Shown: in pieces, positions 41,504 to 51,936 of the stretch | Numbering within the stretch: the stretch's first letter is position 1 | Layout of the letters: each line of letters opens with the position of its first letter | NCBI GenBank assembly: GCA_050950505.1 | Contig: JBMNHS010000001.1 | Coordinates: 672,001-736,000, forward strand | Length of the DNA stretch: 64,000 bases | Direction: 5' to 3' | Origin: Candidatus Methanomethylophilaceae archaeon | GTDB taxonomy: Archaea > Thermoplasmatota > Thermoplasmata > Methanomassiliicoccales > Methanomethylophilaceae | Notes under the pieces: generated by a model | Told to the model about the DNA's origin: nothing | Database searches by the model: none | What the model saw: only the letters and a program-made list of their open reading frames with translations | Program-made: the position numbers and the translations under genes

Positions 41504-42346
41504 TCACTGCTTCATGAGACTGCGTGTTTTTGTGATTATTATATTTTTCAATCCGGTATTTCCGACAAATTCTTTCCCCTTTCCCTCTTCAGTCACTATT
41601 GCGGTGGCGGGACCGGATCCGGTTATGCCCGCGGCCAAAGCCCCTGCCTTCAAAGCATCTTCCGCAACGGAATTGTCCAAATCCGAAGCCTCGGCAATCA
41701 GACGTCCGTTTTCGGTCAACGCGCCCAGAGGATCGGTTTCTGACAGTTTTATCACGCCTCTTTGTCTGTCGGCAACCGCCGCAAGGGAATCCATGTCGAG
41801 GCCGCTCTTGCGGATTTTTACATCCGGGATATGAAGAATCACATCGTAAACGGGGAAATCTTCCATGAGAATCACCTCGTTGTCCGTATTGTTCGTTATT
41901 GTGAATCCTCCGAAATGACATCCGCAGGCGTCGTCGAAGGAACCGGTTTTCGTGACTCCCGCACGTTTTGCGCAATCCACGCCCAGCCTGATCATTCTCA
42001 TGGAGTCCACTGAATGCCCGAGTTCATCGAAAACGGCGGACAGTATGGAATTGGCGGCGGAACTGGAACTCTTCAATCCGCGGGAAGGGGGTATTTCCGA
42101 CGTGGTTTTCAGACGCCATCCCTCCGGTTCGTCAATTTTCAATTCGGCATAAGCCGCCGAAACGCAAAGTTCCGCGAGAAGCGTGGGTTCCGAAGGGTCG
42201 TTCGTTATCTCAACCGTTCTTTTCCGTCCTTCCGGAATGAATTCGGAACGTGTGGTCAGTTCGGTGCCTATCACCGCGCCTATTCCGCACGGCATCGCAT
42301 TTATGACCGATATGGCCCCCCAGGATATTCCCATGCCCACCTTCAT
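41504..42346 (-). CDS. aroK: Archaeal shikimate kinase (GHMP family)
   Basis: GAISVINA, SEIP-SRGLKSSS, TGSFDDA, GITGSGPA. Confidence 0.93.
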   Translation of the reverse strand: MKVGMGISWGAISVINAMPCGIGAVIGTELTTRSEFIPEGRKRTVEITNDPSEPTLLAELCVSAAYAELKIDEPEGWRLKTTSEIPPSRGLKSSSSAANSILSAVFDELGHSVDSMRMIRLGVDCAKRAGVTKTGSFDDACGCHFGGFTITNNTDNEVILMEDFPVYDVILHIPDVKIRKSGLDMDSLAAVADRQRGVIKLSETDPLGALTENGRLIAEASDLDNSVAEDALKAGALAAGITGSGPATAIVTEEGKGKEFVGNTGLKNIIITKTRSLMKQ

Positions 42347-42439
42347 ACCTCCTTTTCTTTGATACGGAGAAAGTCAACGCTCCATATGACGATGTAAGAC
42401 GAAAGATATATAATATTTAGCAAGATAGCATTCTTTATT

Positions 42440-42516
42440 GGGCTGGTAGATCAGTTCGGCAGATCGCTTGCTTTGCAAGCAAGAAGTCGCGAGTTCAAAT
42501 CTCGTCCAGTCCACCA
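42440..42516 (+). tRNA. tRNA-Ala(TGC), CCA encoded
   Basis: GGGCTGG acceptor with G3:U70, CTTGC-TTTGCAA-GCAAG anticodon arm, GTTCAAATC; AT-rich TATA-like box ~30 nt upstream. Confidence 0.96.
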
Positions 42517-42886
42517 ATATCCTTCTCACGGTATATTGATACCGTGCGTTTTATGCAGGCATTGTCCAATGAAGTTTCCGAGTACCGTATCCTTACGGAT
42601 AACTTTTGGAATATACAATTCAGAATATGGCATAAGACCGGTGATTCGGAAACCGTTCCGAGTGCATAACATATATGTCTTCATCCGGAAAATGATTTTT
42701 TAACGGCATTAAAGAGTCTACTCAACATTTGGTTGCAAAGTGTATAATAGGTATACTGAACTACGGATAAAAGATGGATATAAACTGTCCGTTGATACCG
42801 GCTCGATGCGGTTCCGCATGCGGAATTTAGGTGGGAAATCGAATCCGGCGTTCATCCAAACCTATTTCGAACAAAGGAGATAGAAT

Positions 42887-43837
42887 ATGGTTAATTCGCT
42901 GGACGTAACGTCACTTACGAAATCATTTGGGAATTTCGTTGCCGTAAATGACGTGTCCATCACTGTCGGGAAGGGGGAGTTCATGGGACTCCTCGGTCCG
43001 AACGGTGCAGGCAAGAGTACGATTTTAAAAGTAATAACGGGGATGATAAGCCCAACTTCCGGAAGCGTCATGGTTCATGGCATCGATTGCAAAAATCACC
43101 GAAAAGCCATGGAGAGGGTCGGCTGTGTGATAGAGACTCCGGAATCTTATCCCAATTTTACCCCCACTGAAATGCTGAATTACATCGGAAGAGTACGCGG
43201 CATAGGCAGGCAGGACCTGCCCGTTCGCATACGCGAAGTGCTTGAAGAAGTCAGAATGTGGGAATGGAGGGACAAGAAAATAGGAACTTTCTCCAAAGGT
43301 ATGAAACAAAGAGTTTCGATTGCGCAGGCCCTCTTGCCCGATCCGGACCTTTTGCTTCTGGACGAACCCACCTCGGGATTGGATCCGAGAGGAATGATGG
43401 AAGTCAGGGAAGTGCTCCTGGGACTGAAAGGCGGAGGACGGTCTCTCATGGTGTCGACGCATATGCTTAACGAAGTGTCCGAACTCTGTGATTCGGTCAC
43501 GGTCATACGGAGAGGAAGCAAAGTCATGGGAGGCAAGGTCCGGGAACTTCTGAGGAGCGAGCAGGACGGTGTGGTCCTGGAGGTGGAAGTTCGAAACACC
43601 CTTACTTCCGAATTCATGAGCAATCTCGGAGGCCTTGCCGGAGTCACCGAGGCCGAGAAAGTGGATGATTACTGTTTCGAAGTGAGTTTTTCAAACAACG
43701 GAGGAAACAGAGAGGATTTGGTGGATCTGATCAGAAACCACCGTTTGGGTTTTATGACGTTAAATCAAAAAGGTTCCGATTTGGAATCATTGTACATGAG
43801 TCTAACCGGGGAGGATGACAAAGATGACATCAGATGA
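42887..43837 (+). CDS. ABC-2 exporter ATP-binding protein
   Basis: GPNGAGKST, FSKGMKQR, LDEPTSGLD, STH. Confidence 0.93.
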   Translation: MVNSLDVTSLTKSFGNFVAVNDVSITVGKGEFMGLLGPNGAGKSTILKVITGMISPTSGSVMVHGIDCKNHRKAMERVGCVIETPESYPNFTPTEMLNYIGRVRGIGRQDLPVRIREVLEEVRMWEWRDKKIGTFSKGMKQRVSIAQALLPDPDLLLLDEPTSGLDPRGMMEVREVLLGLKGGGRSLMVSTHMLNEVSELCDSVTVIRRGSKVMGGKVRELLRSEQDGVVLEVEVRNTLTSEFMSNLGGLAGVTEAEKVDDYCFEVSFSNNGGNREDLVDLIRNHRLGFMTLNQKGSDLESLYMSLTGEDDKDDIR

Positions 43838-44759
43838 CAGACTCACATTGACGGAGTCGGAAATCTGTACCATGAACGAAGATTTCCAAGAATCCTGCGA
43901 ATGTGAAATTAGTGCACCGGAGGCGGAAATCCATGAAACCGGACAGGAGCGGACAAAACACCGTCTCCCTTCCCAGTTAAGTCAGATGGGATCGGTCTTC
44001 AGTGTGCAGATGAGATTGTTTTTTAAAAGCAAAATTGTCTACGTATTCCTTATTCTCGCACTGCTCATACCTGTGATAGCTTACTATGATATTTTAGGCA
44101 GGCTGTACGGAAACAACGATACGATAGCAGGTCTCCTGATGGCGCTCCCCATAATGATGGCGATAATATCCCCTATGCTGTCCGGACGGATATTGTCCTC
44201 GGAGTTCAGGAACAAGACCGCATTTATGATGTTCCCGTTGCCTGTGTCCCGATCTGCATTCTATTTTGGAAAATTCCTTGCATCCCTGGTGCTTTCATTG
44301 AGCATATTCAGTCTGGCTTACGGTTTGGCGATACTGTCCGGCATGGATTCGGGCATATCGGCGTTCCCTTCCGATTTCATAGGTTCGTACATAATGGCCG
44401 TGGCGGGAGTTTTTGCCGTATCTGCGACTGCGTACGGACTCGGCACGATGTTCCGCAGGGGGTCGGTACCCGTAACAGTGGTAATCACCTTAGGAATACC
44501 GTTTTTGTACGCGGCAATCATGGCGTTATATTCGACGCAGATACCCTCTGCCATACAGGATTATTTGAAACTGCTTCCTCAGTTTGACGGGTACCAGGCA
44601 CTGTTGACGATGGATGCGGCATTCACCTTTGTCGGTCAGCCGCTCGATTCTTACCTCATGTCGGATCTGTCGTCCTATCTGTACATAGGCGTGGCCTTTA
44701 CATGGGGTGTCCTGTTCCTCGCGCTGGGCCTTTTGAAAATTATTAAAAAGGAGTTGTGA
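43815..44759 (+). CDS. ABC-2 exporter permease (start may be 43824)
   Basis: SSEFRNKT....PLPVSR....GK motif, ~6 TM. Confidence 0.85.
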   Translation: MTKMTSDDRLTLTESEICTMNEDFQESCECEISAPEAEIHETGQERTKHRLPSQLSQMGSVFSVQMRLFFKSKIVYVFLILALLIPVIAYYDILGRLYGNNDTIAGLLMALPIMMAIISPMLSGRILSSEFRNKTAFMMFPLPVSRSAFYFGKFLASLVLSLSIFSLAYGLAILSGMDSGISAFPSDFIGSYIMAVAGVFAVSATAYGLGTMFRRGSVPVTVVITLGIPFLYAAIMALYSTQIPSAIQDYLKLLPQFDGYQALLTMDAAFTFVGQPLDSYLMSDLSSYLYIGVAFTWGVLFLALGLLKIIKKEL

Positions 44760-45565
44760 AAATGAAAAAAATCGCAATACTCATGACGCCTCTGCTTCTG
44801 TTCACGCCGATTATGTTCATAGACTTCGCACCCGAGGACGACGGAACAATAGTCAAGACGGTGGAAGACACGTTGATGTACGAGGTCTATAAGATAGACG
44901 TATCGTCCGCATTGAGTATATCATCATATTCGGACACATTGGTCCATATGATCTTCTTTTATGCTGACGATTCGGACGAGAAAGAAGAGTTTGAAGAAGC
45001 TCTGAGAAACCGGGAACCGTTGCCGCCGGGCCGTGAAATAGAATGGGCGGAAAACATAGGGTGGTACGAGGACGATTGGAATGAGGTGTCCAGGTATGAT
45101 CTGACGGTATACATTTTCGGATATCCCGTGGAAGTACGGTACGATTACAGTAATATGTACGTCAGTATAGCCGAATGGAAAAGTGACGGATACGAATACG
45201 CATCCCGTTATATCATGGACAAAGACAGGTTGAAAATCGATTCTCCAAGCACGAATCTCATCGCCGGTCAGGATGTGAAAATCACGATTTCTGATGCCCC
45301 TGAAGATGTGTCGCTGATTCTGTATTCTTCGGCTCAACGTTCGGATTTGGGGAGCGGTGCGAATTTCGTTGAAATCGAGAAGAGAGGAGATTTTATCGTA
45401 ACCGGGGAGAATTGGGCGGGTTCGTCGCCCTATATATCGTATACGATAGAATATGAAGGCCTTTCTCCGAAAACAACCACTTATGGATTTGGGTTTCTTG
45501 CCGTGGGGATATTGTTCTTCGGCATTATGATATTCTTCGCAAGGCCGCAGAAAATAAAGGATTAA
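44756..45565 (+). CDS. Hypothetical cell-surface protein (N-terminal signal, acidic ectodomain, C-terminal TM anchor)
   Basis: MKKIAIL signal-like start; terminal FGFLAVGILFFGIMIFFA then RPQKIKD; overlaps the permease stop. Confidence 0.75.
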   Translation: MKMKKIAILMTPLLLFTPIMFIDFAPEDDGTIVKTVEDTLMYEVYKIDVSSALSISSYSDTLVHMIFFYADDSDEKEEFEEALRNREPLPPGREIEWAENIGWYEDDWNEVSRYDLTVYIFGYPVEVRYDYSNMYVSIAEWKSDGYEYASRYIMDKDRLKIDSPSTNLIAGQDVKITISDAPEDVSLILYSSAQRSDLGSGANFVEIEKRGDFIVTGENWAGSSPYISYTIEYEGLSPKTTTYGFGFLAVGILFFGIMIFFARPQKIKD

Positions 45566-45580
45566 ACTATTTTTCAATTG

Positions 45581-45612
45581 AAAGGGGGATTGCCCCCTTT
45601 CTTTTTATTTTA
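45581..45612 (+). terminator. Hairpin plus U-tract
   Basis: AAAGGGGG-ATTG-CCCCCTTT-CTTTTTATTTT. Confidence 0.7.
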
Positions 45613-45796
45613 GACGGTCATTTCAAAAAATCCAGAAACCGGCGATGCAGGTAATTTTTAAGCGTAATGTTTTGAGACAACCACACGGCAAATCGTGTAT
45701 TTTTATATCATTACTATAAAATTCACTATATCGGTTTCTTCAATGTGTTTATTTTTAATATATGTAGAATTACTACATGTCGGGAGGTGAAACCGC

Positions 45797-46018
45797 ATGG
45801 AAGTAAAGAAAACGCTCATGGATATTCTGTATACGCTTGTTTCCATCTTGATAACGATTGTATTGGCGATTGTATTTTTCATCATCATATTGTTCATTAT
45901 CAAGTTTGCAGCCGAGACTGTGTTCTCCGCCGATGCACTCAGCGCCAACTATGCAGTGTTGTCCGCAGTGATATTGACGGCAGTCAGTATGCTGGGCGGG
46001 GCAAAATACGCATACTGA
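45797..46018 (+). CDS. Small two-TM hypothetical protein
   Basis: Strong SD GGAGGTGA, upstream TTTAATATA, own terminator; two hydrophobic helices. Confidence 0.8.
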   Translation: MEVKKTLMDILYTLVSILITIVLAIVFFIIILFIIKFAAETVFSADALSANYAVLSAVILTAVSMLGGAKYAY

Positions 46019-46030
46019 TCAAACCCATTC

Positions 46031-46056
46031 AAAGGGGCGCACCGCCCCTTTTTTTC
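46031..46056 (+). terminator. Hairpin plus U-tract
   Basis: AAAGGGGCG-CAC-CGCCCCTTTTTTT. Confidence 0.7.
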
Positions 46057-46117
46057 ATAATAAAATAAGAAATTTTAAGAAGTTTGCCGGCAAAACAGAT
46101 GCCGGCAGGTAATATGT

Positions 46118-47629
46118 TTATTCGGCCGTGGCCTTTTTGAGTTCGGCGTGGCTCAGTTTAGAAAGCTCTTTCACCTTTGCGAAATCCAATTTCAGGGCTT
46201 CGGAAATCCGCTCCCCGTATTTCGGATCCGCGAGGAAACAATGCGCGGCGTGTCTGTACCTCACGTTGTCGGTAACGCAGGACATGTCCGCGGCGGTGTT
46301 CTTTATCAGAAGTGCTTTCTTGTCTTCTTCCATCAGTCTCCAAAGATCTCCGCCCTGTTTGAAGCAGTCGTCCTCGGGGAAATCTTTGGGATCGTAATGG
46401 TCCATGTCACCGTCGATTTTCATCGGAGGTTCGCGGAATTCTCTCTGGGACTCCCATTCTCCGAAGGAATTGGGCTGATATCCTTTGGTCGAACCGTAGT
46501 TGTCGTCGACTCTCATCAGTCCGTCACGGTGGAACGCATGGACTTCTGTTTTGGCACGGTTCACGGGAATCAGGTGATGGTTGACTCCGAGGCGGTATCT
46601 CTGAGCATCACCGTAAGAGAACAATCTTCCCTGGAGAAGTTTGTCCGGGGAGAAACCGATTCCGGGTACCACGTGGGCGGGATTGAAAGCTGATTGTTCC
46701 ACATCCGCGAAATAATTGTCGGGATTGCGGTTCAGTTCCAGAACGCCCACTTCCATGAGGGGGTATTCGCCTTTCTTCCAAACCGTCGTAATGTCAAAGG
46801 GATTGACCTTGCTGTTTCTCGCCTGTTCCTCCGTCATGATCTGGAAGTACATGGTCCACTTGGGATAATCTCCTCTTTCGATGGAATCGTACAAATCCCT
46901 CTGGTGGCTTTCCCTGTCGGTGGCGATCACTTTCTGAGCTTCCTCATCGGTGAGGTTTTTGATTCCCTGCTGGGTCCTCATATGGATTTTTACCCAGACC
47001 CTTTCATTTTTCTCATTGTACAGGCTGAACGTGTGGCTGCCGAAACCGTGCATGTGCCGGTATGTCGCAGGTATTCCGCGGTCAGACATGACTATGGTTA
47101 TTTGATGGAAAGCTTCCGGGAGCGACGTCCAGAAATCCCAGTAGTTCTGCGGAGAACGCATGTTCGTTCTGGGATCTCTTTTGACGGCATGGTTGAGATC
47201 GGGGAAATCCAGAGGATCCCTCAGGAAGAACACCGGGGTGTTGTTTCCCACCAGATTCCAGTTTCCTTCCTCGGTGTAGAATTTGACGGCAAATCCGCGG
47301 ATATCGCGTTCCGCATCTGCGGCGCCTCTTTCACCGGCAACGGTGGAGAATCTCATGAAAATATCGGTTTTCTTTCCCTTCTCGAACACTTTTGCCTTGG
47401 TATATTTAGATACGTCATGTGTTGCCGTGAAAGTACCGAAAGCTCCGCTGCCTTTGGCGTGCATCCTTCGTTCAGGAATCACTTCTCTGTTGAAGTGACC
47501 CATTTTTTCAACCAGCCATGCATCCTGCATCATGATCGGACCGCGGGGTCCGGCCGTAAGAGAATGTTCATTGTCGGAGACAGGTGCACCGACTTCGTTT
47601 GTCAACTTTTTTTGGTCTTTGTCTGTCAA
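46118..47629 (-). CDS. katA: Monofunctional heme catalase (small-subunit type)
   Basis: [47 protein letters not shown]; likely TTG start at 47629. Confidence 0.97.
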   Translation of the reverse strand: MTDKDQKKLTNEVGAPVSDNEHSLTAGPRGPIMMQDAWLVEKMGHFNREVIPERRMHAKGSGAFGTFTATHDVSKYTKAKVFEKGKKTDIFMRFSTVAGERGAADAERDIRGFAVKFYTEEGNWNLVGNNTPVFFLRDPLDFPDLNHAVKRDPRTNMRSPQNYWDFWTSLPEAFHQITIVMSDRGIPATYRHMHGFGSHTFSLYNEKNERVWVKIHMRTQQGIKNLTDEEAQKVIATDRESHQRDLYDSIERGDYPKWTMYFQIMTEEQARNSKVNPFDITTVWKKGEYPLMEVGVLELNRNPDNYFADVEQSAFNPAHVVPGIGFSPDKLLQGRLFSYGDAQRYRLGVNHHLIPVNRAKTEVHAFHRDGLMRVDDNYGSTKGYQPNSFGEWESQREFREPPMKIDGDMDHYDPKDFPEDDCFKQGGDLWRLMEEDKKALLIKNTAADMSCVTDNVRYRHAAHCFLADPKYGERISEALKLDFAKVKELSKLSHAELKKATAE

Positions 47630-47829
47630 CAGAATCACATCCTTGTTGCATCTTAAAAATGATGTAACAATAGATAACACTATGGATTCACAGGACTACG
47701 GCATATAGTGTAACCATATGCTGGATATCCCTGATTGTCTTAAATATTCCATAGTCATAGCACGGGCGCCGGGTACGTGAAAGAACCTAAATCAAGGATC
47801 TCTGAATTTCCCGGTTTGCATTCGGAGCA

Positions 47830-49068
47830 GTGATCCCTATGGAGAAAAATTCGAAACTGAAGTACGCGTGGTTGATGTTCGGAATTCTTCTGGCAGCATA
47901 TTTCTTTGTATATTTTCACAGAATTTCCGTGGCCGTCGTGGGCCCCGACATAGTAAACGATGTCGGCGGAAACATAGGATATCTCAGTTCGGTTTATTTC
48001 TGGACTTACGCTGCCATGCAGATTCCCTGCGGAATGCTGGTGGACCGTTTCGGACCGAGAAAGGTCGCTTCCATATTTTTGACGATTGCCGCCATAGGTT
48101 CTCTGATGACCGCCATGGGTGAATCGTTCACTGCCGTCGCATTCGGAAAAGTGATGATTGCCGCCGGAATGGCTGCGGTTTACATACCCTTGATGAAAGT
48201 CGTTTCCATATGGTTTCCCCAACACTATTTCCCTCAGTTGAACGGCATAATCATCGCCGTCGGGAACATAGGTGCCTTCGCCGCAACTTATCCGTTGCAG
48301 GCAATCGTCGATGTTCTGGGCTGGAGGGATACTTTCATGGCGCTCATGACCGTCACCTTGGTTTTGGCGATTCTTTGTTTGCTGTTCATCAAGGAACTCC
48401 CGTCGAAGGAAGTCCGCACCGAAAGCGGGATGGGAATGCTGACGGGTCTGAAATCGGTGTTTTCCGGCGGCAGAAAATTCTGGCCCATGGCCATTGCGTA
48501 TTTCCTGGTTTACGGATCTATCATGGTGTTTCAGGGAACTTACGCCAAAGTGTACTTCACCACGTTCTATTCCTTTGCCGGACTGATGATATGGATTGTC
48601 GCCATGATCAGCATAGGAAAAACTCTCAGCATAGCGGTATCGGGAATACTGTCCGGGCGCGGTGTGATCAAATCCAAACGCAAGGCAATGCTTCTGGGCA
48701 CCATGGGATATGCAGCGGTTTGGCTGGCAATGTGGTTGTTTGTGGGTGAAATCGAAAGTGTTTGGTTCTGGGGAATCGTGACATCTCTGTTTGGATTCTT
48801 CGGAGGTTTCATGTCTTTGTCTTTCACACAGGTGAAGGAATGGCATCCCACGTCATTGTCGGCAACAGCCGTCGGGTCCTTGAACATATTCGTGTTTCTG
48901 GGAGCTTCCGTCGCGACAACCGTGGCGGGTTACATCATCGGTGAGGCGCCTTACGCTCTGAGCAACTTCTCCCTTCTGTGGGGACTGATGTTCCTGTCTT
49001 CCGTGATTGCGGTGTTGGCGATATACCTGTCTAAGGAGAATATCACTGCTTCCCGACAACGGCCCTGA
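47830..49068 (+). CDS. MFS transporter
   Basis: YFHR, QIP-GMLVDRFGPRK motif A, ~12 TM. Confidence 0.9.
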   Translation: MIPMEKNSKLKYAWLMFGILLAAYFFVYFHRISVAVVGPDIVNDVGGNIGYLSSVYFWTYAAMQIPCGMLVDRFGPRKVASIFLTIAAIGSLMTAMGESFTAVAFGKVMIAAGMAAVYIPLMKVVSIWFPQHYFPQLNGIIIAVGNIGAFAATYPLQAIVDVLGWRDTFMALMTVTLVLAILCLLFIKELPSKEVRTESGMGMLTGLKSVFSGGRKFWPMAIAYFLVYGSIMVFQGTYAKVYFTTFYSFAGLMIWIVAMISIGKTLSIAVSGILSGRGVIKSKRKAMLLGTMGYAAVWLAMWLFVGEIESVWFWGIVTSLFGFFGGFMSLSFTQVKEWHPTSLSATAVGSLNIFVFLGASVATTVAGYIIGEAPYALSNFSLLWGLMFLSSVIAVLAIYLSKENITASRQRP

Positions 49069-50809
49069 TACGTCTCACGCCGGCGGCGGAAGACTCTTCC
49101 TTTTTTATTTTGAAGCCTTCCAGTTCGCCGGTTCTTTTGACATGGGGGCCGCCGCAGAGTTCGCATGAAACATCTCCGATTGAATAAACCAAAACCCTCT
49201 CTCCGTATTTGTCCTGGAAAACTCCGATGGCGTCACGTTCCTGAGCCTCTTCATAAGTCATTTCCTCACAAACGACGGGAAGATCCCTTTCAATGATGTC
49301 GTTAACGTAATCCTCGATTTCTTTGATTTCTTCGGGAGTGACTTTCCGGTCCAGGTTGAAATCGAATCTGAGTCTTTTGGCGGTGATGTTGCTGCCTCTC
49401 TGTGTTATCGAGGAATCCACGATTTTTCTCAGGGCGGAGTGAAGAAGATGTGTCGCGGTATGCAACTTGGTGGTTTCTTCGCTGTCATCGGCCAACCCCC
49501 CTTTGAAGTTTTGCTCCGCTCCGGCACGGGAGGCTTCCTGATGTTCCTTGAATCTTCTGTCGAAGTCTTCGGTATCCACCACGAATCCCTTCTCTTCCGC
49601 CAATTCCTTGGTGAGTTCGACCGGAAATCCGAAGGTGTCGAAAAGTCTGAAAACATGTTCGCCGTCCAATACGTCCCCTTCTTTGCAGTCAGCGACCATT
49701 TCGTCGAATCTGCGAAGACCTCTTTTCAGAGTGGAGTGGAATCTCTGTTCTTCGGATTCCATATTGGTGAGAATCTGTTCCCGGTTCCTTCCGAGTTCAG
49801 GGTAAGAATCCTTGTATTCATCGATAATCACTTCACAGATTCCGGCCATGACCACGTCGTCGACCCCCAGATTGGAAAGGTATCTGCTGGCCCTCCTGAT
49901 CAGTCTTCTGAGAATGTATCCCTGACCGATTCTGGCCGGAAGCACCCCGTCGCCCATTATGAAAGTGGCCGCACGGACGTGATCGGCAACAATCCTGAAA
50001 GCTCTGGGATTTTCCGAATATTCCTTGCCGGTGATTTCTTCGGTTTTTGCGATGATTCCGGCGAAAAGTTCGGTATCGAATACGGTTTCTTTTCCGTTCA
50101 TTATTCTGAGAACGCGTTCGAGACCCATTCCGGTATCCACGTTTTTGTTCTCCAGAGGCGTGAAGTTGCCCTCCGCGTCCTTGAAGTATTCCATGAATAC
50201 GTTGTTCCAGATCTCGGTATATTTTCCGCAGTTGCAGGCCGGACCGCAATCAGGACCGCATTTCGGACGTCCGTCATCGAAGAAAATCTCGGTGTCCGGG
50301 CCGCAGGGACCGGTCTGTCCCGCGGGGCCCCACCAGTTTTCCGCCCTTCCGTAAAAGAATATGCGGTCTTCGGGTACACCCAAACTTTTCCAGATTTCGG
50401 CGGTTTCGTCGTCACGGGGAATACTTCCTTCCCCTTCGAAAGCGGTGAACGCCAATTGATCGTGGGTCAGTTTCAGCACTTCGGTCAGAAACCCGTGGCT
50501 GAAAGTTATGGATTCTTTCTTGAAATAATCGCCCAGCGACCAGTTTCCGAGCATTTCAAAGAATGTGAGGTGCCCTTCATCGCCCACTTCGTCTATGTCT
50601 CCCGTCCGTATGCATTTCTGGTAGTTCACCAGACGGGTTCCTTCCGGATGTTTCTGTCCCAACAGGTACGGCACCAGAGGGTGCATTCCCGCAGTGGTGA
50701 AGAGTACGGTGGGGTCGTTCTCGGGGACCAGGGATGCGGATCTTATGAACGCATGCCCTCTTTCTTTGAAAAATTCAACATATGCTTCTCTGAGATCCTG
50801 GGCCTTCAT
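49043..50809 (-). CDS. alaS: Alanyl-tRNA synthetase, short bacterial-like form lacking C-Ala
   Basis: DPTVLFTTAGM, QKCIR, HLTFFEMLGN, GPCGP, DTGMGLER, editing HTATH and ELCGGPH; ends after GVRRI; start MKAQ at 50809. Confidence 0.95.
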   Translation of the reverse strand: MKAQDLREAYVEFFKERGHAFIRSASLVPENDPTVLFTTAGMHPLVPYLLGQKHPEGTRLVNYQKCIRTGDIDEVGDEGHLTFFEMLGNWSLGDYFKKESITFSHGFLTEVLKLTHDQLAFTAFEGEGSIPRDDETAEIWKSLGVPEDRIFFYGRAENWWGPAGQTGPCGPDTEIFFDDGRPKCGPDCGPACNCGKYTEIWNNVFMEYFKDAEGNFTPLENKNVDTGMGLERVLRIMNGKETVFDTELFAGIIAKTEEITGKEYSENPRAFRIVADHVRAATFIMGDGVLPARIGQGYILRRLIRRASRYLSNLGVDDVVMAGICEVIIDEYKDSYPELGRNREQILTNMESEEQRFHSTLKRGLRRFDEMVADCKEGDVLDGEHVFRLFDTFGFPVELTKELAEEKGFVVDTEDFDRRFKEHQEASRAGAEQNFKGGLADDSEETTKLHTATHLLHSALRKIVDSSITQRGSNITAKRLRFDFNLDRKVTPEEIKEIEDYVNDIIERDLPVVCEEMTYEEAQERDAIGVFQDKYGERVLVYSIGDVSCELCGGPHVKRTGELEGFKIKKEESSAAGVRRIRAVVGKQ

Positions 50810-50885
50810 GTTACAAATACGCCTGATGCTCCATCTGTTTAAAAAATATGGCATAGCAGTGTTGAAAGAAGGATGGGGAACGGAA

Positions 50886-51935
50886 TCATACTTTCAGATA
50901 TTCTTTCCCTTCCAGCATGAGTTCTTCGAAGGCTTTCGCATCATCCGACGCTGCCGCTTCGCTAACTTGTCTGATGCCCTCGTCGAGTTCATGAAGCATT
51001 CTGTCCCTGTTCATGTTCAGATTCTGTATTTCGTAGTACAGGCCCGGGTCCTCCAAAGCCACTGACATGAACGTATCTGTCATTTTATCGAAAGTGGTCG
51101 ATGACAGAGACCGGAATTCCTCAAAGGGTATGCCGCTGTTTCTCAGAACCGTGAAGAATACTATGTTTACTATATGGCTGAGACCGAGCACGTAGGACAT
51201 GTATTCGTCGTGCTTATCCACGGGAATAATTTTTATTTCCGCGCCTCTGCCGTCAAAAAGACCTTTTGCCTGATTTACCGCAGCTTCGGAACCACAATCG
51301 CAGACAATCAGATTTCTTCCGTGTATCGATCTGACTGAGGGTCCGAACATGGGGTGCACGGAACATACCTTTCTGCGTTTTGCCAACTTCTTCAAATTTT
51401 CAACAAAAGGCGTTTTCAGAGAAGATATGTCAAAAATCAACGTATCTTCACGGCACACCGTATCCAATTCTTCAAGAATCTTCGATACCGAAGATATGGG
51501 AACGGCAATGGCGACGGCATCGGAATCTTTGGCATCTTCCGTTGTCAGACCGTTGCCCGCCGCAGGGTCAATCACCGTGACTTCGTGACCCATCTCCCTG
51601 AACAATCTTACGATTGCCTTGCCCATTTGGCCGCTTCCCCCCACAACGGCAATGTTCTTTTTTGTCTGTTCTTTGTGTTTTGACAGCGATTCTGCCGCCG
51701 ATGACTGTTCGGTGATTATTCTGCACAGTTCTTCCGCGGCGGTCCGGTTCATTCCGACCATGTCACCCAGTGCCCGGAATCTTTCAAGAACAGAAAATCC
51801 CGTATCCGGACATTCCCCCCCAATCAGTCCGATTTCGGAGGAAATTCTCAGTCTTTCCCCGACCAAAGACATTATTTTATCATCGATTCTGCGCATTTCC
51901 GACAGAAGTCTGCCGGTTGTCTCTTCATTGTCCAT
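50886..51935 (-). CDS. tyrA: Chorismate mutase-prephenate dehydrogenase fusion
   Basis: AroQ-like N-terminus (R-IDDKI--LV-ER), GGSGQMG, DISSLK, SVHPMFGP, HDE-M. Confidence 0.88.
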   Translation of the reverse strand: MDNEETTGRLLSEMRRIDDKIMSLVGERLRISSEIGLIGGECPDTGFSVLERFRALGDMVGMNRTAAEELCRIITEQSSAAESLSKHKEQTKKNIAVVGGSGQMGKAIVRLFREMGHEVTVIDPAAGNGLTTEDAKDSDAVAIAVPISSVSKILEELDTVCREDTLIFDISSLKTPFVENLKKLAKRRKVCSVHPMFGPSVRSIHGRNLIVCDCGSEAAVNQAKGLFDGRGAEIKIIPVDKHDEYMSYVLGLSHIVNIVFFTVLRNSGIPFEEFRSLSSTTFDKMTDTFMSVALEDPGLYYEIQNLNMNRDRMLHELDEGIRQVSEAAASDDAKAFEELMLEGKEYLKV

Positions 51936-51936
51936 A

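Noticed and set aside
42440-46100. Integrated provirus or ICE at tRNA-Ala (also checked tRNA-Leu, -Gln, -Ser)
   Set aside because: No integrase, viral genes or duplicated tRNA 3' ends seen by eye.
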